From: an uncultured delta proteobacterium
GTDB lineage: Bacteria; Myxococcota_A; Polyangia; Polyangiales; Polyangiaceae
Assembly: GCA_963841435.1 (NCBI GenBank)
Contig: CAWJCS010000003.1
Coordinates: 320,001 to 384,000, forward strand
Reading direction: 5' to 3'
Length of the DNA stretch: 64,000 nt
Shown here: in pieces, positions 20,535 to 31,332 of the stretch
Layout: each line of letters begins with the position of its first letter
Numbering within the stretch: position 1 is the first letter of the stretch
Translations under genes and position numbers: made by a program
Notes under the pieces: generated by a model
Databases searched by the model: none
The model's input: only the letters and a program-made list of their open reading frames with translations
Told to the model about the DNA's origin: nothing

Positions 20535-21599
20535 ATGCGACACGCAGCGCTCTCCATTCTCATCGTTGCCGTCGCCTGCGGCGGGAGCTCGCGGCACCTG
20601 GAGTCGAGTGACCCCGGCAGCGGTGGCACGACGGCGTCGGGCAGCGGTGGCACGACGGCGTCGGGCACCGGTGGCGGGGCGGCGACGGGCGGCTCGCTCG
20701 CCGGTTCGGGAGGCGGCGGGGCGACCCTCTCCGTCGGGGGCGCCGTCTCGGGCACGAGCGGCGTGGGCGGCAAGGGAGGGCCGTCGGTGACGGGCGGCAG
20801 CGCGGGTCGCGGCGGCAGCAGCGCAGAGGCCGGCGCCCCCGATTCGATGGGTGCGACGGGCGGCTCTCGAGCGGGCACCGGCGGAAGCATCGGCGAGGCA
20901 GGCATGGCGGGCACGGCGGGAATGCCTCTGCCGACCGTCACGCCCATCACGAGCTGCAACGACGAGTTTCCCTTCAGCGGCAGGTGGGTCGGTAGCGTGC
21001 TCGACTTTTACTTCGAGGCCCAGGAGTCGCTCACGCTCGTGATCAACGCCGACGGGAAGGCAGGCACGCTCACCTGGGGCGAGGGTGACCCGCCACCGGC
21101 TCCCGAAGGCGCCGACATCCCCTACCCACCCGGCTACTGGGACAACGTGGGCATGGAAGGTGATCCCCTGCGCGCCGACCCGTGGCCCGGCTTCGCTTAC
21201 ACGATCGTTCGCGGCGCGGGCTGCGACAGCACCTTGAGGCTCGCCGTCTCGACGAGCGAGCTGTTCAGTGATTGGTGCGCGCTACAGACTCCGAAGTTCA
21301 CGCCCGAGATCGGCTGGGGCTGCACGCTCCAGGGTGGCGGTAGCTCGGACGGCGTCACCTGCAACGTTCAACCGCAGGGCGTCACGCCCGAGTCGTACCC
21401 GATGTGGAAGTGCAGCGCCTGCGGCGCCTTCTGGCCAGGGGGAGGTGTTTGCGCATGCGACGAAAGCGCTTGCACCGGAAACCTCACGCCAACGCACACC
21501 TTCGATCTCACGCTCATCCAGTCGGGCGGCAAGGACGTGCTCACGGGCGCCGACCCGACGTGCGGCGACTGCACCGTGCGGCTCGAACGGCAAGACTGA
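20535..21599 (+). CDS. Hypothetical lipoprotein, Gly-rich linker + Cys-rich domain
   Basis: AGGAGG RBS, lipobox AVAC, long G/S/T linker. Confidence 0.7.
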   Translation: MRHAALSILIVAVACGGSSRHLESSDPGSGGTTASGSGGTTASGTGGGAATGGSLAGSGGGGATLSVGGAVSGTSGVGGKGGPSVTGGSAGRGGSSAEAGAPDSMGATGGSRAGTGGSIGEAGMAGTAGMPLPTVTPITSCNDEFPFSGRWVGSVLDFYFEAQESLTLVINADGKAGTLTWGEGDPPPAPEGADIPYPPGYWDNVGMEGDPLRADPWPGFAYTIVRGAGCDSTLRLAVSTSELFSDWCALQTPKFTPEIGWGCTLQGGGSSDGVTCNVQPQGVTPESYPMWKCSACGAFWPGGGVCACDESACTGNLTPTHTFDLTLIQSGGKDVLTGADPTCGDCTVRLERQD

Positions 21600-21619
21600 G
21601 GAATTGCGGACTCGAGGCG

Positions 21620-22561
21620 CTAGCCCTCGGAACGCACCGAGAGCGAGCCGCCCACGGGAAGCACGTGGTACGCGCGCGCGTCGAGCCCGCGCCGTTGCCA
21701 CTCGGCATGCAGGCGTGCCTCGGGCTCCTCTCGCGGCTCGTCGGTAAGCTGGAACGTGCCGAAGTGCATCGCGACGAAGCGCCGCGCGCCGAGGTTGACG
21801 AACGCCTGGATGGCCTCCTCGGGGTTCATGTGCTGGCGGCCCATGAACCAGGCCGGCGCGTAGGCACCAATGGGCAGGAGCGCTGCGTCGATCGGACCCA
21901 CGCGGCGGCCGATTTCCGAAAAGCCCTCGAAGTACGCCGTGTCACCCGAGTGGTAGAGGCGCGCCGACGAGCCCTCGATCACGAACCCGCCCCACAAGGT
22001 TTCGTTCATGTCGTTGAGGCCGCGGCGGCTCCAGTGCTGCGACGGAACGAAGCGGATCGTCACGGAGCCGAGCTTCGTCTCTTCCCACCAACCGAGCTCG
22101 GTGCACGCGAGACCCTTTCGCGCGAAGAACCCCGCCATGCCGCTGCCGGAGACGACGGGGCTGCCCACGGCGCGCACGGACGGCAGATCCAGATGGTCGC
22201 GGTGGTTGTGCGTGACGAGTTGGCCATCGATGGGCGGCAGGGCACTCGGCGTGACGGCGACGGGAACGTGCCGGTCGATGCCGGGCCCGATGCTCTCGGA
22301 AAACACGGGATCGAGCAGCAGGGAGACGCCGTCGAGCTGCACGAGCCAGCTCGCGTGGCCGAGCCACGTGAGGCGCGCGCCCTCCCCGCGCGCCGGTGGC
22401 GTTTTCAGTGCCTCGATGTCCGGGGCAACCGACGCCGTCTTGCCGACCCAGGGGCTCGGCGAGCGCCGTCCGCCCAGCCGGTCGAACACGGCCCATTTGA
22501 GCACGGCGGAAAGCGGCTGCGGCCCGGAGCCGTCGAGATTGACGAAACGAAGGCGCGCCAT
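21620..22561 (-). CDS. MBL-fold metallo-hydrolase (NAPE-PLD/RomA-like)
   Basis: TWLGHAS, LLDPVF, THNHRDHLD, QHWSRR, HSGDT, LPIGAY, HMNPEEA, MHFGTF. Confidence 0.9.
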   Translation of the reverse strand: MARLRFVNLDGSGPQPLSAVLKWAVFDRLGGRRSPSPWVGKTASVAPDIEALKTPPARGEGARLTWLGHASWLVQLDGVSLLLDPVFSESIGPGIDRHVPVAVTPSALPPIDGQLVTHNHRDHLDLPSVRAVGSPVVSGSGMAGFFARKGLACTELGWWEETKLGSVTIRFVPSQHWSRRGLNDMNETLWGGFVIEGSSARLYHSGDTAYFEGFSEIGRRVGPIDAALLPIGAYAPAWFMGRQHMNPEEAIQAFVNLGARRFVAMHFGTFQLTDEPREEPEARLHAEWQRRGLDARAYHVLPVGGSLSVRSEG

Positions 22562-22756
22562 CCGAGGTCGCGATCTCTAGTGATCACGCGCCTGCGCCGC
22601 AACCCTCGGGGGGCTCGAGGCAGGAGGACGGCGAGGTAGGCGCTCTCCTCACATCTCGCTCCGACGCTGAAACGCGTGACGTGCGGGCATCATGCGGTGA
22701 CGGACATGCGACTGAAAGCTTCTCGTAACGTGGTAGCGAGTACGTTTTTAAAGAGC

Positions 22757-23518
22757 ATGTCGGAGCCGGCGACTCGCTCGGGATCACACCAGGGCACTTC
22801 GGTTGAGGCGTTCCGGAACGCCATGCCGAAGTCGTACGCCGAGCTCTATTCGACCGAGGAAAGCGGCGAGCACGCGGCGATCGTCGCGCGCCGCGGACGT
22901 TGGCTCACGAACGTCGAGGTGTGGCGGTCGCTCCCGGGCGAGGGGGCCATTCTGTGCGTCGTCGCCGAGGATCATCCCGGCTTTCTGTCGCTCGTGAGCA
23001 CCGCGCTCTACCTGCACGAGATCGACGTGACGACGGCACAGATCTACAGCCGCCGCAGCGACGCGGGCGAGCTCGAAGCCGTCGATTTTTTCTGGGTGCG
23101 TCAAAACGGCGCGGGCATGGCGCTCGACGCCGAGCGCGTGGCAAGCCTGCGCCGCGTCCTCGACGAGCTGGTGCTCCGGCAAGCCTGTCCCGATCCGATG
23201 CGAGATGCGCGGCCCGACGCGAGCGCGACGGAACCGCTGCCGCCCCCGCGCGCCTTCTTCGAGACCCAGCCGCTGCGTCAGGGTCGCTACGTGCTCGTGA
23301 TCGAGGCGTTCGACTTCCCCGGCCTGCTCATGACGGTGGCGCGCGCGCTGCACCGCGAGGAGCTCGACATCGTCGCGTCGTCGATCCAGACGAACGGCGC
23401 CAGGGTCCACGATCGCTTCACGGTGCGCGACACGCGCGGCGCGCCGCTCGGACCCGTGCGCCTCGCCGCGGTCCGCGCCGCCGTGGCGTCGGCGTTGCGG
23501 GCCGGGTCGGGCAGCTGA
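22757..23518 (+). CDS. Stand-alone tandem ACT-domain protein resembling the GlnD C-terminus
   Basis: EDHPGFLS...AQIYS...AVDFF and DFPGLL...IQTNGARVHDRF. No nucleotidyltransferase or HD domain. Confidence 0.7.
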   Translation: MSEPATRSGSHQGTSVEAFRNAMPKSYAELYSTEESGEHAAIVARRGRWLTNVEVWRSLPGEGAILCVVAEDHPGFLSLVSTALYLHEIDVTTAQIYSRRSDAGELEAVDFFWVRQNGAGMALDAERVASLRRVLDELVLRQACPDPMRDARPDASATEPLPPPRAFFETQPLRQGRYVLVIEAFDFPGLLMTVARALHREELDIVASSIQTNGARVHDRFTVRDTRGAPLGPVRLAAVRAAVASALRAGSGS

Positions 23519-23599
23519 GCATCCACCGCGCGGACGACCGGGAAGATAGACTGCGAATTAACGCCCGGCGGCGCGGGGCGTTGTAAAAGGCTCGACCAC

Positions 23600-24472
23600 A
23601 TGCCCTTCCCCTCGAGACCCCGCGAGCGTTCGCTCTTGGTGCTCGCGCTCGTCCTGTCGAGCGCGCTCGGTTGTGCCCGCGCGGCCCCACCGCCGTCAGC
23701 GGCGGACGCGCTCCGCGTTTCCAACGAGCCGCCGGCTCCGGGTGCCGTGTCGCTCGGCCCGGTGCGCGCGGTCGACGGCGAGGGCTGCGGCGTGTTCGGG
23801 ACGATGGGTAGCGAAAAGCGGGCAATGAGCGCGCTCAGGCACGAGGCCCAGGCGCTCGGCGCCGACTACGTGCGCATCACGAAGCTGACGAAGCCGTACG
23901 CCGACCACGCGTGCGTGCACAAGGAGTACGCCGTCGAGGGTGTCGCCTACCGGTCGCGGTCGCCCGAAGCCCCGACACCGCCGGCCGAAGCGGCCCCGGC
24001 ACCGGCCCCACGTGGGGGAGCCGCGACCGACACCGCAACGCTGCCCGCGCACGGGCTCTCGATCGGGCCGTCGGGCTGTAGCCTGCGCGCATCGGGCGGC
24101 ACCGCGAGCCGCTCGGTGTCGTTCTCGGCGCGTCTCACGGCGACGGCCGCATTCGGCCTATGGATCGATCGCGAGCTTCGCGATGGCAAGCCCGTCGGTC
24201 TCGAGCTCCAGTACGACGCAGCGACGGGCCGCCTCTCGCTCGCCCAGTACCCGGACGGCGTGACGGTGACCATCGCGAGCAGTCCCCTGCCGCCCGACGA
24301 AAAATGGCATGAGTTTCGCGTACTCCGCGCGCCGGACCGCGTGAGCGCCTGGGTCAACGGCAAGGTCATGCTGCTCTACGCGGCGGCCACCCCCACGGGG
24401 GAGGGTAGCTTCACGCTCGAGGGTGATTCGCTCGAGGTCCGCCGCCTACTGCTAGACGCAGCCGGGGACTGA
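23600..24472 (+). CDS. Hypothetical lipoprotein, C-terminal ConA-like beta-sandwich
   Basis: Lipobox ALGC; 'AQALGADYV' domain; KWHEFRV...VSAWVNG. Confidence 0.6.
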   Translation: MPFPSRPRERSLLVLALVLSSALGCARAAPPPSAADALRVSNEPPAPGAVSLGPVRAVDGEGCGVFGTMGSEKRAMSALRHEAQALGADYVRITKLTKPYADHACVHKEYAVEGVAYRSRSPEAPTPPAEAAPAPAPRGGAATDTATLPAHGLSIGPSGCSLRASGGTASRSVSFSARLTATAAFGLWIDRELRDGKPVGLELQYDAATGRLSLAQYPDGVTVTIASSPLPPDEKWHEFRVLRAPDRVSAWVNGKVMLLYAAATPTGEGSFTLEGDSLEVRRLLLDAAGD

Positions 24473-24501
24473 GCGCGACGCCCATCACGTGTGGCGCGCG
24501 C

Positions 24502-25110
24502 TCAGCGCCGTCCTGCGCCGCGCATCAGCACGCGCACGATCGGGTCCACCAGGTCTTCGAGTGACTCACGCCGCGACACCCCCTGCATCACGCTGCCGCG
24601 GACGAGCCCGAGGATCATGCCGGGCAGGTGCCGCGCGTCGCCCGAGCGCAGGACCCCCGATTCGACTCCCTCTTCGACCAGGCCGCCGAGCCGTGCGACG
24701 AGCTTTTGCGCCCAGGAACGACGCGGGCCGCAGCGCATCGCGTGCAGCTCGTCCTCGAGTGCGAGCGTGAACAGCGAGCGGTGCGCCTCGAAGTGGCGCA
24801 GCAGCACCCGCAGAAGGGCCTCGAGGCGCTTTTCGAAGCTCGAGTTCGACGTGCCCTCGATGGCCTCGTCGATACGATCGGCGAGCTCGTCGCGCATCGA
24901 TTCCAGCAATGCTGTCACGAGCTCTCGACGATCCGCGAAGTAGTTGTAGACCGTGCCGACGGCGATGCCGGCCGCTTCTGCGATATCCTCCATCCGGGCG
25001 GCCTGGGCACCGTGGCGGGCCAAAACACCCTCCGCTGCAGCAAGAATTGCACGCCGGGTTTCCTTGCGAACCCGGGTTCTGAGTCGATTTTCAGTTCTGT
25101 GAGGCTGCAT
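24502..25110 (-). CDS. TetR/AcrR-family regulator, divergent from the inositol-lipid operon
   Basis: MEDIAEAAGIAVGTVYNYFADR HTH. Confidence 0.9.
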   Translation of the reverse strand: MQPHRTENRLRTRVRKETRRAILAAAEGVLARHGAQAARMEDIAEAAGIAVGTVYNYFADRRELVTALLESMRDELADRIDEAIEGTSNSSFEKRLEALLRVLLRHFEAHRSLFTLALEDELHAMRCGPRRSWAQKLVARLGGLVEEGVESGVLRSGDARHLPGMILGLVRGSVMQGVSRRESLEDLVDPIVRVLMRGAGRR

Positions 25111-25113
25111 TCA
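25080..25113. promoter_or_regulatory. Two TGA-N8-TCA palindromes 20 bp apart over the tetR start (candidate operators)
   Basis: TGAgtcgatttTCA (25080-25093) and TGAggctgcatTCA (25100-25113). Confidence 0.4.
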
Positions 25114-25267
25114 CCGGGTGCAAGGTGGAGTCAAAAGATGGGGCGCTTCACCCCCGCCGGCAAGGCCTTCACCCCCCGTGCAAGGGCTGACTCGTTGACG
25201 ACATGCAGACGAGACCTTGACGACGGGGCAACAGGCCATAAGGACTGGGAAGTTCTTAGGCGGCACC

Positions 25268-26578
<1,311 letters not shown>

Positions 26579-26591
26579 GCAGAGGTACGGC

Positions 26592-28001
26592 ATGGAAGCT
26601 GTAGGGTCTATTCTAGGTGGCGACTTGACGGCCTCGGAGCGCGTCTGGAGCGCGCTGGCGCCCGCCGTCGTGCTCGTGGCGGTGCTGCTCGCGGCGTTGG
26701 TGGCCTACTTCGTGCGCTCGCTGCTGTTCGGCCGCTTCCAGGACGAAGAGATGGAGGGGCGAGGGCTCGGAGGTCTCACGACGGCGCGGGCACGGCACTT
26801 CTTTGCCTGGCTAATGCGCCCGCTCTGGCGCGCCCTCGCTGCCGCGCGGGTTCCGCCCAACGCCATCACGACGCTCTCGGTCGCTCTGTCGATCGCTGCT
26901 GGCCTCGCGGCAGGCATCGGTCGCTTTTCGCTCGCGGGCTGGGTCTTTCTCGCGGCCGGCGCCCTCGATTTCCTCGACGGTCGCGTCGCCCGCGTGACGG
27001 GGCGCGCGTCGCAAAGCGGCGCCGCCCTCGATTCGGTGCTCGACCGCTACTGCGAGTCCGCGCTGCTCGTGGGGCTCGCCTGGTACTACCGCGACTCCTG
27101 GGCGCTCATCGCGGTGCTCCTCGCCCTCACCGGCTCGCTGTTCGTGCCCTACGTGCGCGCGCGCGGCGAGGCGCTCGGCGCCAAGCTGAGCGACGTGGGG
27201 TTCATGCAGCGTCCCGAGCGCATCATCGTGCTCGGCCTCACCGTCGCACTCGCGCCCGTGCTCGAAGCCCTGCTCGTCCCGGACAATCCGCACCCGCCGC
27301 ACCGGCTTGCGATCGCTGGCCTCGTGCTGCTGGCGATCACGTCGCACAGCACGGCGCTCCAGCGCCTCGTGCACCTCGTCCGCTCGCTCGGCGCCGCGCC
27401 GCCCGTTCGTTACCGGCTCATGCCGCGCGCCATCGTCGTGAGCGTCACGGCGACGCTCACGGACTTCTTGGTGATGCGGGCTCTCGTTGCCGGCACACCC
27501 GTCTCGCTGCCGTTCGCGACCTTCTGCGGGTGCCTCGTGGGCGGCGTCATCGCGTTCTTTCTCTCCCGGCTTTGGGTCTTCCAGGCCGAGCAGTCCGAGC
27601 TCAGGACGCAAATCGGCCGCTTCACGTTCGTCTCGGGGTCGAGCGCTCTCTTGAACGCGGGCGGCGTGGCGCTCCTCTTGCTCGGCCCCACGCTCGGCCC
27701 CACGCTCGCCTGGGTGGTCACGCGCGTTCTGGTGTTCGTCTGCTGGAACTTCCCGCTGCTCAGCGAGTGGGCGTTCGCCGACAATCCGCGCACCGAGGGC
27801 CCGCACGACGGGCCGAGCCCCGAGCTCCATCCGGACGATTCTCGGAGGCAAGAGTGCCCCCGGAACTCCCTGAGCTGGCCCTGCCAGACCACGACTCCCC
27901 TCGCGATCCTGCCGCGCTCCCCGTCGACCCCGTCGCGCGGCTCCGGGTCCTGTGGGGTTGGACCTTCTTTTTGCCGCTCCTGCCGACGGGCTATCTGCTG
28001 A
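26592..28001 (+). CDS. CDP-alcohol phosphatidyltransferase (PI/PIP synthase-like) fused to a GtrA-like domain
   Basis: PNAIT, DFLDGRVAR...GAALDSVLDRY, YVRARGE, MQRPER; four-TM GtrA-like C-terminus. The last ~45 codons overlap the next gene and may be artefactual. Confidence 0.85.
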   Translation: MEAVGSILGGDLTASERVWSALAPAVVLVAVLLAALVAYFVRSLLFGRFQDEEMEGRGLGGLTTARARHFFAWLMRPLWRALAAARVPPNAITTLSVALSIAAGLAAGIGRFSLAGWVFLAAGALDFLDGRVARVTGRASQSGAALDSVLDRYCESALLVGLAWYYRDSWALIAVLLALTGSLFVPYVRARGEALGAKLSDVGFMQRPERIIVLGLTVALAPVLEALLVPDNPHPPHRLAIAGLVLLAITSHSTALQRLVHLVRSLGAAPPVRYRLMPRAIVVSVTATLTDFLVMRALVAGTPVSLPFATFCGCLVGGVIAFFLSRLWVFQAEQSELRTQIGRFTFVSGSSALLNAGGVALLLLGPTLGPTLAWVVTRVLVFVCWNFPLLSEWAFADNPRTEGPHDGPSPELHPDDSRRQECPRNSLSWPCQTTTPLAILPRSPSTPSRGSGSCGVGPSFCRSCRRAIC

Positions 28002-28849
28002 TCCTGTTCCTCGCGCATGGGGACCTGCGCGCAGAGCACGTGGGGCTGGCCCTTTATGGGATCGTGTTCGGCTTGTGGGGGCGTCGCACCGTGGCGCTCT
28101 ACCGCGACATCTTGCCGTTCATGCTCGTGGGGCTCGGCTACGACGTGGTCCGCTATGCGCGCGCCTTGTGGGTGGGTCCCGAACGCGTGCTCGGCTGCGA
28201 GATGCTGCACGCGGAGACGGCGCTGTTCTCGGTCGGCGGTACGACGCTGCCCGCCTGGTTCGGACGCCATCACTTCGCGGCCGCCGATCTCGTGGCCTCG
28301 GTGCCCTACGCAGCCTTCATCTACATCGCGCTCGGCTATTCGGTGTGGCTCTGGTTCAAGGACAAGCCGCGCATGCGTCGGTTTCTCTGGGCCTTCGCCA
28401 TTGCGAACGTCATCTCGTTCACGACTTGGATCGCCCTGCCTGCGGCGCCGCCCTGGTACGTTGCGTCCCACGGCTGCACCATCGACATGAGCGCCGCCCC
28501 GAGCGCCGCGGGGCTCGTGCGCGTCGATCAGCTGCTCGGAATCGACTATTTCGGACGCTTTTATTCGCGCGCGGCGAGCGTTTATGGCGCGCTACCGTCC
28601 ATGCACTGTGCTTATCCCGTGCTCGGTCTGCTCACGGCCTGGCCGGGCGCGCGGCTGCGTACGCGGGCGATCCACGGGCTTTATGCGGTCTGGATGGCGA
28701 GCGCCGCCGTCTACCTGCAGCACCACTGGGTGATTGACGTCCTGGCCGGCTGGGCCACGGCGGCCGCGGGCGTGTATCTCGCCCGTCGTATCGTCAGCGA
28801 CGCACCCACGGTCGCGCGCGCCGAGCTCGCGACGGGAGCGCAGGCATGA
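27854..28849 (+). CDS. Inositol phosphorylceramide synthase-like (Aur1/PAP2 superfamily) membrane protein
   Basis: GGAGG RBS before GTG 27854; PAAPPWY, ALPSMH, HHWVIDVLAG catalytic motifs. Confidence 0.85.
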   Translation: MPPELPELALPDHDSPRDPAALPVDPVARLRVLWGWTFFLPLLPTGYLLILFLAHGDLRAEHVGLALYGIVFGLWGRRTVALYRDILPFMLVGLGYDVVRYARALWVGPERVLGCEMLHAETALFSVGGTTLPAWFGRHHFAAADLVASVPYAAFIYIALGYSVWLWFKDKPRMRRFLWAFAIANVISFTTWIALPAAPPWYVASHGCTIDMSAAPSAAGLVRVDQLLGIDYFGRFYSRAASVYGALPSMHCAYPVLGLLTAWPGARLRTRAIHGLYAVWMASAAVYLQHHWVIDVLAGWATAAAGVYLARRIVSDAPTVARAELATGAQA

Positions 28850-31332
28850 CGAGCGCTACCTTCGTCCGCTTCCTGTTGCGTCACTCGCGCGCGATCACCG
28901 TTTGCCTCGTGCTGCTCGCGGTGGTGTCGGGCGTTCGCACGGTGCGCACCTATGCGAACCTGCGGAGCGACCTCGAGGAGCTCCTGCCGGCAAACGCGCC
29001 CGCCGTGGCGGCGCTCGCCGAGGCCAGGGCGCGCTTGCCGGGCCTGCGTCATCTGGGCGTCGTCGTCGACACGGGCGGCCCCGAGCACGCGAAGGCGGCG
29101 CTCACATTCCTGAGCGATCTCGAGCGGCGCGTCCTGCGCTACCCGGGCAACCTCGTGAGCGGCGTCCGCAGCGGCATCGCCGAGGAGCGTCGCTTCGTCG
29201 AAACGCACGGGCTACAGCTCATGCGCCCGGCCGACGTGAAGGAGCTCCGGGAGGCGGTCGAGGCGCGGCACCGCTGGGAGGTCGCCCACGCCACGGGGCT
29301 CAGCCTGTTCTCGGACGAGGAGGAACCGCCGCCTCCGATCCCCGTTGACGCGCTCGAAAAGAAGTACGTCGCGCGTTTCGGGCGACCGCACCCCTTCCCC
29401 GACGATCGCTTCCTCTCGGACGACGGCAAGACCGCCGTGCTCGTGATTCGTGTCGGCTCCCAGGCGACGGGCATCGCTGAGGACGAACGGCTGCTCGAGC
29501 TCGTCCGAACCGACGTGCAAGAGCTCGGCTTCCCCGCGGCGTACGCGGCCGGAATGCGCGTCGGCTACGCGGGCGACGTTGCGACGCGCGTCGAGGAGGC
29601 GCGCGGGCTCGCCGCGGATCTCGGCACCTCGGGCGCCGTCGTGCTCGCGCTGGTGCTCGCGGCCATCGCCTGGTTCTATCGTTCGTTCGCCGCCGTCCCC
29701 GTGCTCGCGCTGCCCGTGGTGTTCGGTGCCCTCTACACGTTCGGACTGGTCGCGCTGCCGCCCCTCGGCATCGTGGAGCTGAACTCGAACACGGCGTTCC
29801 TCTCGTCGATCATCGTCGGCAACGGCGTCAACAGCGGCATCATCCTCTTGGCGCGCTTTCGCGAGCAGACGCGGCTGGGGGACGCGCTCGAGCCCGCGCT
29901 CGTCACCGCCGTGCGCGAAACGTACCGGCCGACCCTCGGCGCGGCCGTCGCGGCGTCCGCCGCGTACGGGTCGCTGCTGCTCACCGATTTCCGGGGGTTC
30001 GCGCAGTTCGGGTGGATCGGGGCGCTCGGCATGCTCGTCTGCTGGGCGACGACGTTCGTTTTCGTGCCGCCGCTCGTTCGGACTTTCGGCAGGTTCCTGC
30101 GCACGAAGGCGTCCCACGGGACTGCCGGGATTTCGCCGCGGCTCACGGCGGTGGTCCTCGGGCGGCCCCGCTGGGTGCTCGGCGTCGGCGTCGCGCTCGC
30201 CGCCATTTGCGTGCTGGGGCTCGCCCGGCGGCGCTCGGACTGGCTCGAGACCGATTTTTCACGCCTGCGGCGGGCGGATTCGTTCGAGCATGGCGAGCGT
30301 TACTGGGGAAAACGCATGGACTCGACCCTCCGCACCTACCTCACGCCCGCCGTCATGCTGACGGACTCCAAAAAGGACGCCGAGCGCGCCGCTGCGGCTC
30401 TGCGCGGACTCCAGCGGGACGGCCGCGCCGGTGGCCTCATCGCAAGCATCCGGACGTCGGAGGCCGTCTTGCCTTCCACGCGTGCGGAGGCGCTCGAAGA
30501 GGCGAAGAAGCTCCGGCAGGAGCTCACACCGACGATGCTCGCCGCACTCTCACCTCCGGACCGCGCGCGCGTCGAACGGCTGCTCTCCGACGAAGCGCTC
30601 ACGCCGCTCACCGACGCCGACGTGCCCGCGGCGCTCGCCGCCGGCCTGCGAGACAAGAAGGGGCACATCGACCGGAACGTGCTCGTCTTCCCGAAGCTCG
30701 GCGCGGGCACCTGGGACGCCGGACGCATGCAGGCGTTCACGCGTGGTCTTCGGCGCGTCGCCCACGACGAGGGCAACAACGCCGTGGTCGTGGGAGCGCT
30801 CCTGCTCTCGACCGACATCATCGATGCCATGCGACGCGACGGTCCAATCGCCACGGGGGCGGCCATGGCGTTCGTGCTGCTCGTCGCCGTGCTCGCGTTC
30901 CGCTCCTTCGGACTTTCGCTGGCGGCCATGGCGAGCCTGTTGTTCGGCGTGCTTTTGATGCTCGGCACCGCGGCGTGGTCGGGCCAGCGCTTGAATTTTT
31001 CGAACCTCATCGCGCTCCCCATCACGTTCGGCGTCGCCGCCGACTATTCGATCAACGTGCTGCGGCGCTATCAGGCGGGGGGCGACCTCGCGGCGGCGAT
31101 GGCGAGCACAGGCGGCGCCGTCGCGCTCTGCTCCGCGACGACCGTGATCGGATTCGGGTCGCTGCTCATCGCGCAGAACCGCGCGCTGTCGTCGTTCGGG
31201 GCGCTCGCCGTGACCGGGGAGCTTGCCTGTCTCGGCACGGCGGTCCTGGTTCTGCCCGCACTGCTCGCGTGGTCGGGCGACCGCCGGGCGCCGGCCGGCG
31301 CCACCCATGGCGCGGAGGAGCACGCGACATGA
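28846..31332 (+). CDS. MMPL/RND-family transporter (HpnN-like)
   Basis: Two repeats of a periplasmic loop plus TM bundle; GNGVNSGI and GVAADYSI motifs; ATGA overlaps at both ends. Confidence 0.85.
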   Translation: MTSATFVRFLLRHSRAITVCLVLLAVVSGVRTVRTYANLRSDLEELLPANAPAVAALAEARARLPGLRHLGVVVDTGGPEHAKAALTFLSDLERRVLRYPGNLVSGVRSGIAEERRFVETHGLQLMRPADVKELREAVEARHRWEVAHATGLSLFSDEEEPPPPIPVDALEKKYVARFGRPHPFPDDRFLSDDGKTAVLVIRVGSQATGIAEDERLLELVRTDVQELGFPAAYAAGMRVGYAGDVATRVEEARGLAADLGTSGAVVLALVLAAIAWFYRSFAAVPVLALPVVFGALYTFGLVALPPLGIVELNSNTAFLSSIIVGNGVNSGIILLARFREQTRLGDALEPALVTAVRETYRPTLGAAVAASAAYGSLLLTDFRGFAQFGWIGALGMLVCWATTFVFVPPLVRTFGRFLRTKASHGTAGISPRLTAVVLGRPRWVLGVGVALAAICVLGLARRRSDWLETDFSRLRRADSFEHGERYWGKRMDSTLRTYLTPAVMLTDSKKDAERAAAALRGLQRDGRAGGLIASIRTSEAVLPSTRAEALEEAKKLRQELTPTMLAALSPPDRARVERLLSDEALTPLTDADVPAALAAGLRDKKGHIDRNVLVFPKLGAGTWDAGRMQAFTRGLRRVAHDEGNNAVVVGALLLSTDIIDAMRRDGPIATGAAMAFVLLVAVLAFRSFGLSLAAMASLLFGVLLMLGTAAWSGQRLNFSNLIALPITFGVAADYSINVLRRYQAGGDLAAAMASTGGAVALCSATTVIGFGSLLIAQNRALSSFGALAVTGELACLGTAVLVLPALLAWSGDRRAPAGATHGAEEHAT

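Noticed and set aside
30012-31328. N-terminal 440 aa of the 889-aa TolC ORF, and other long Arg/Ala-rich alternative-frame ORFs
   Set aside because: These are GC-rich shadow frames overlapping well-supported genes; the true TolC start is the ATGA overlap at 31329.
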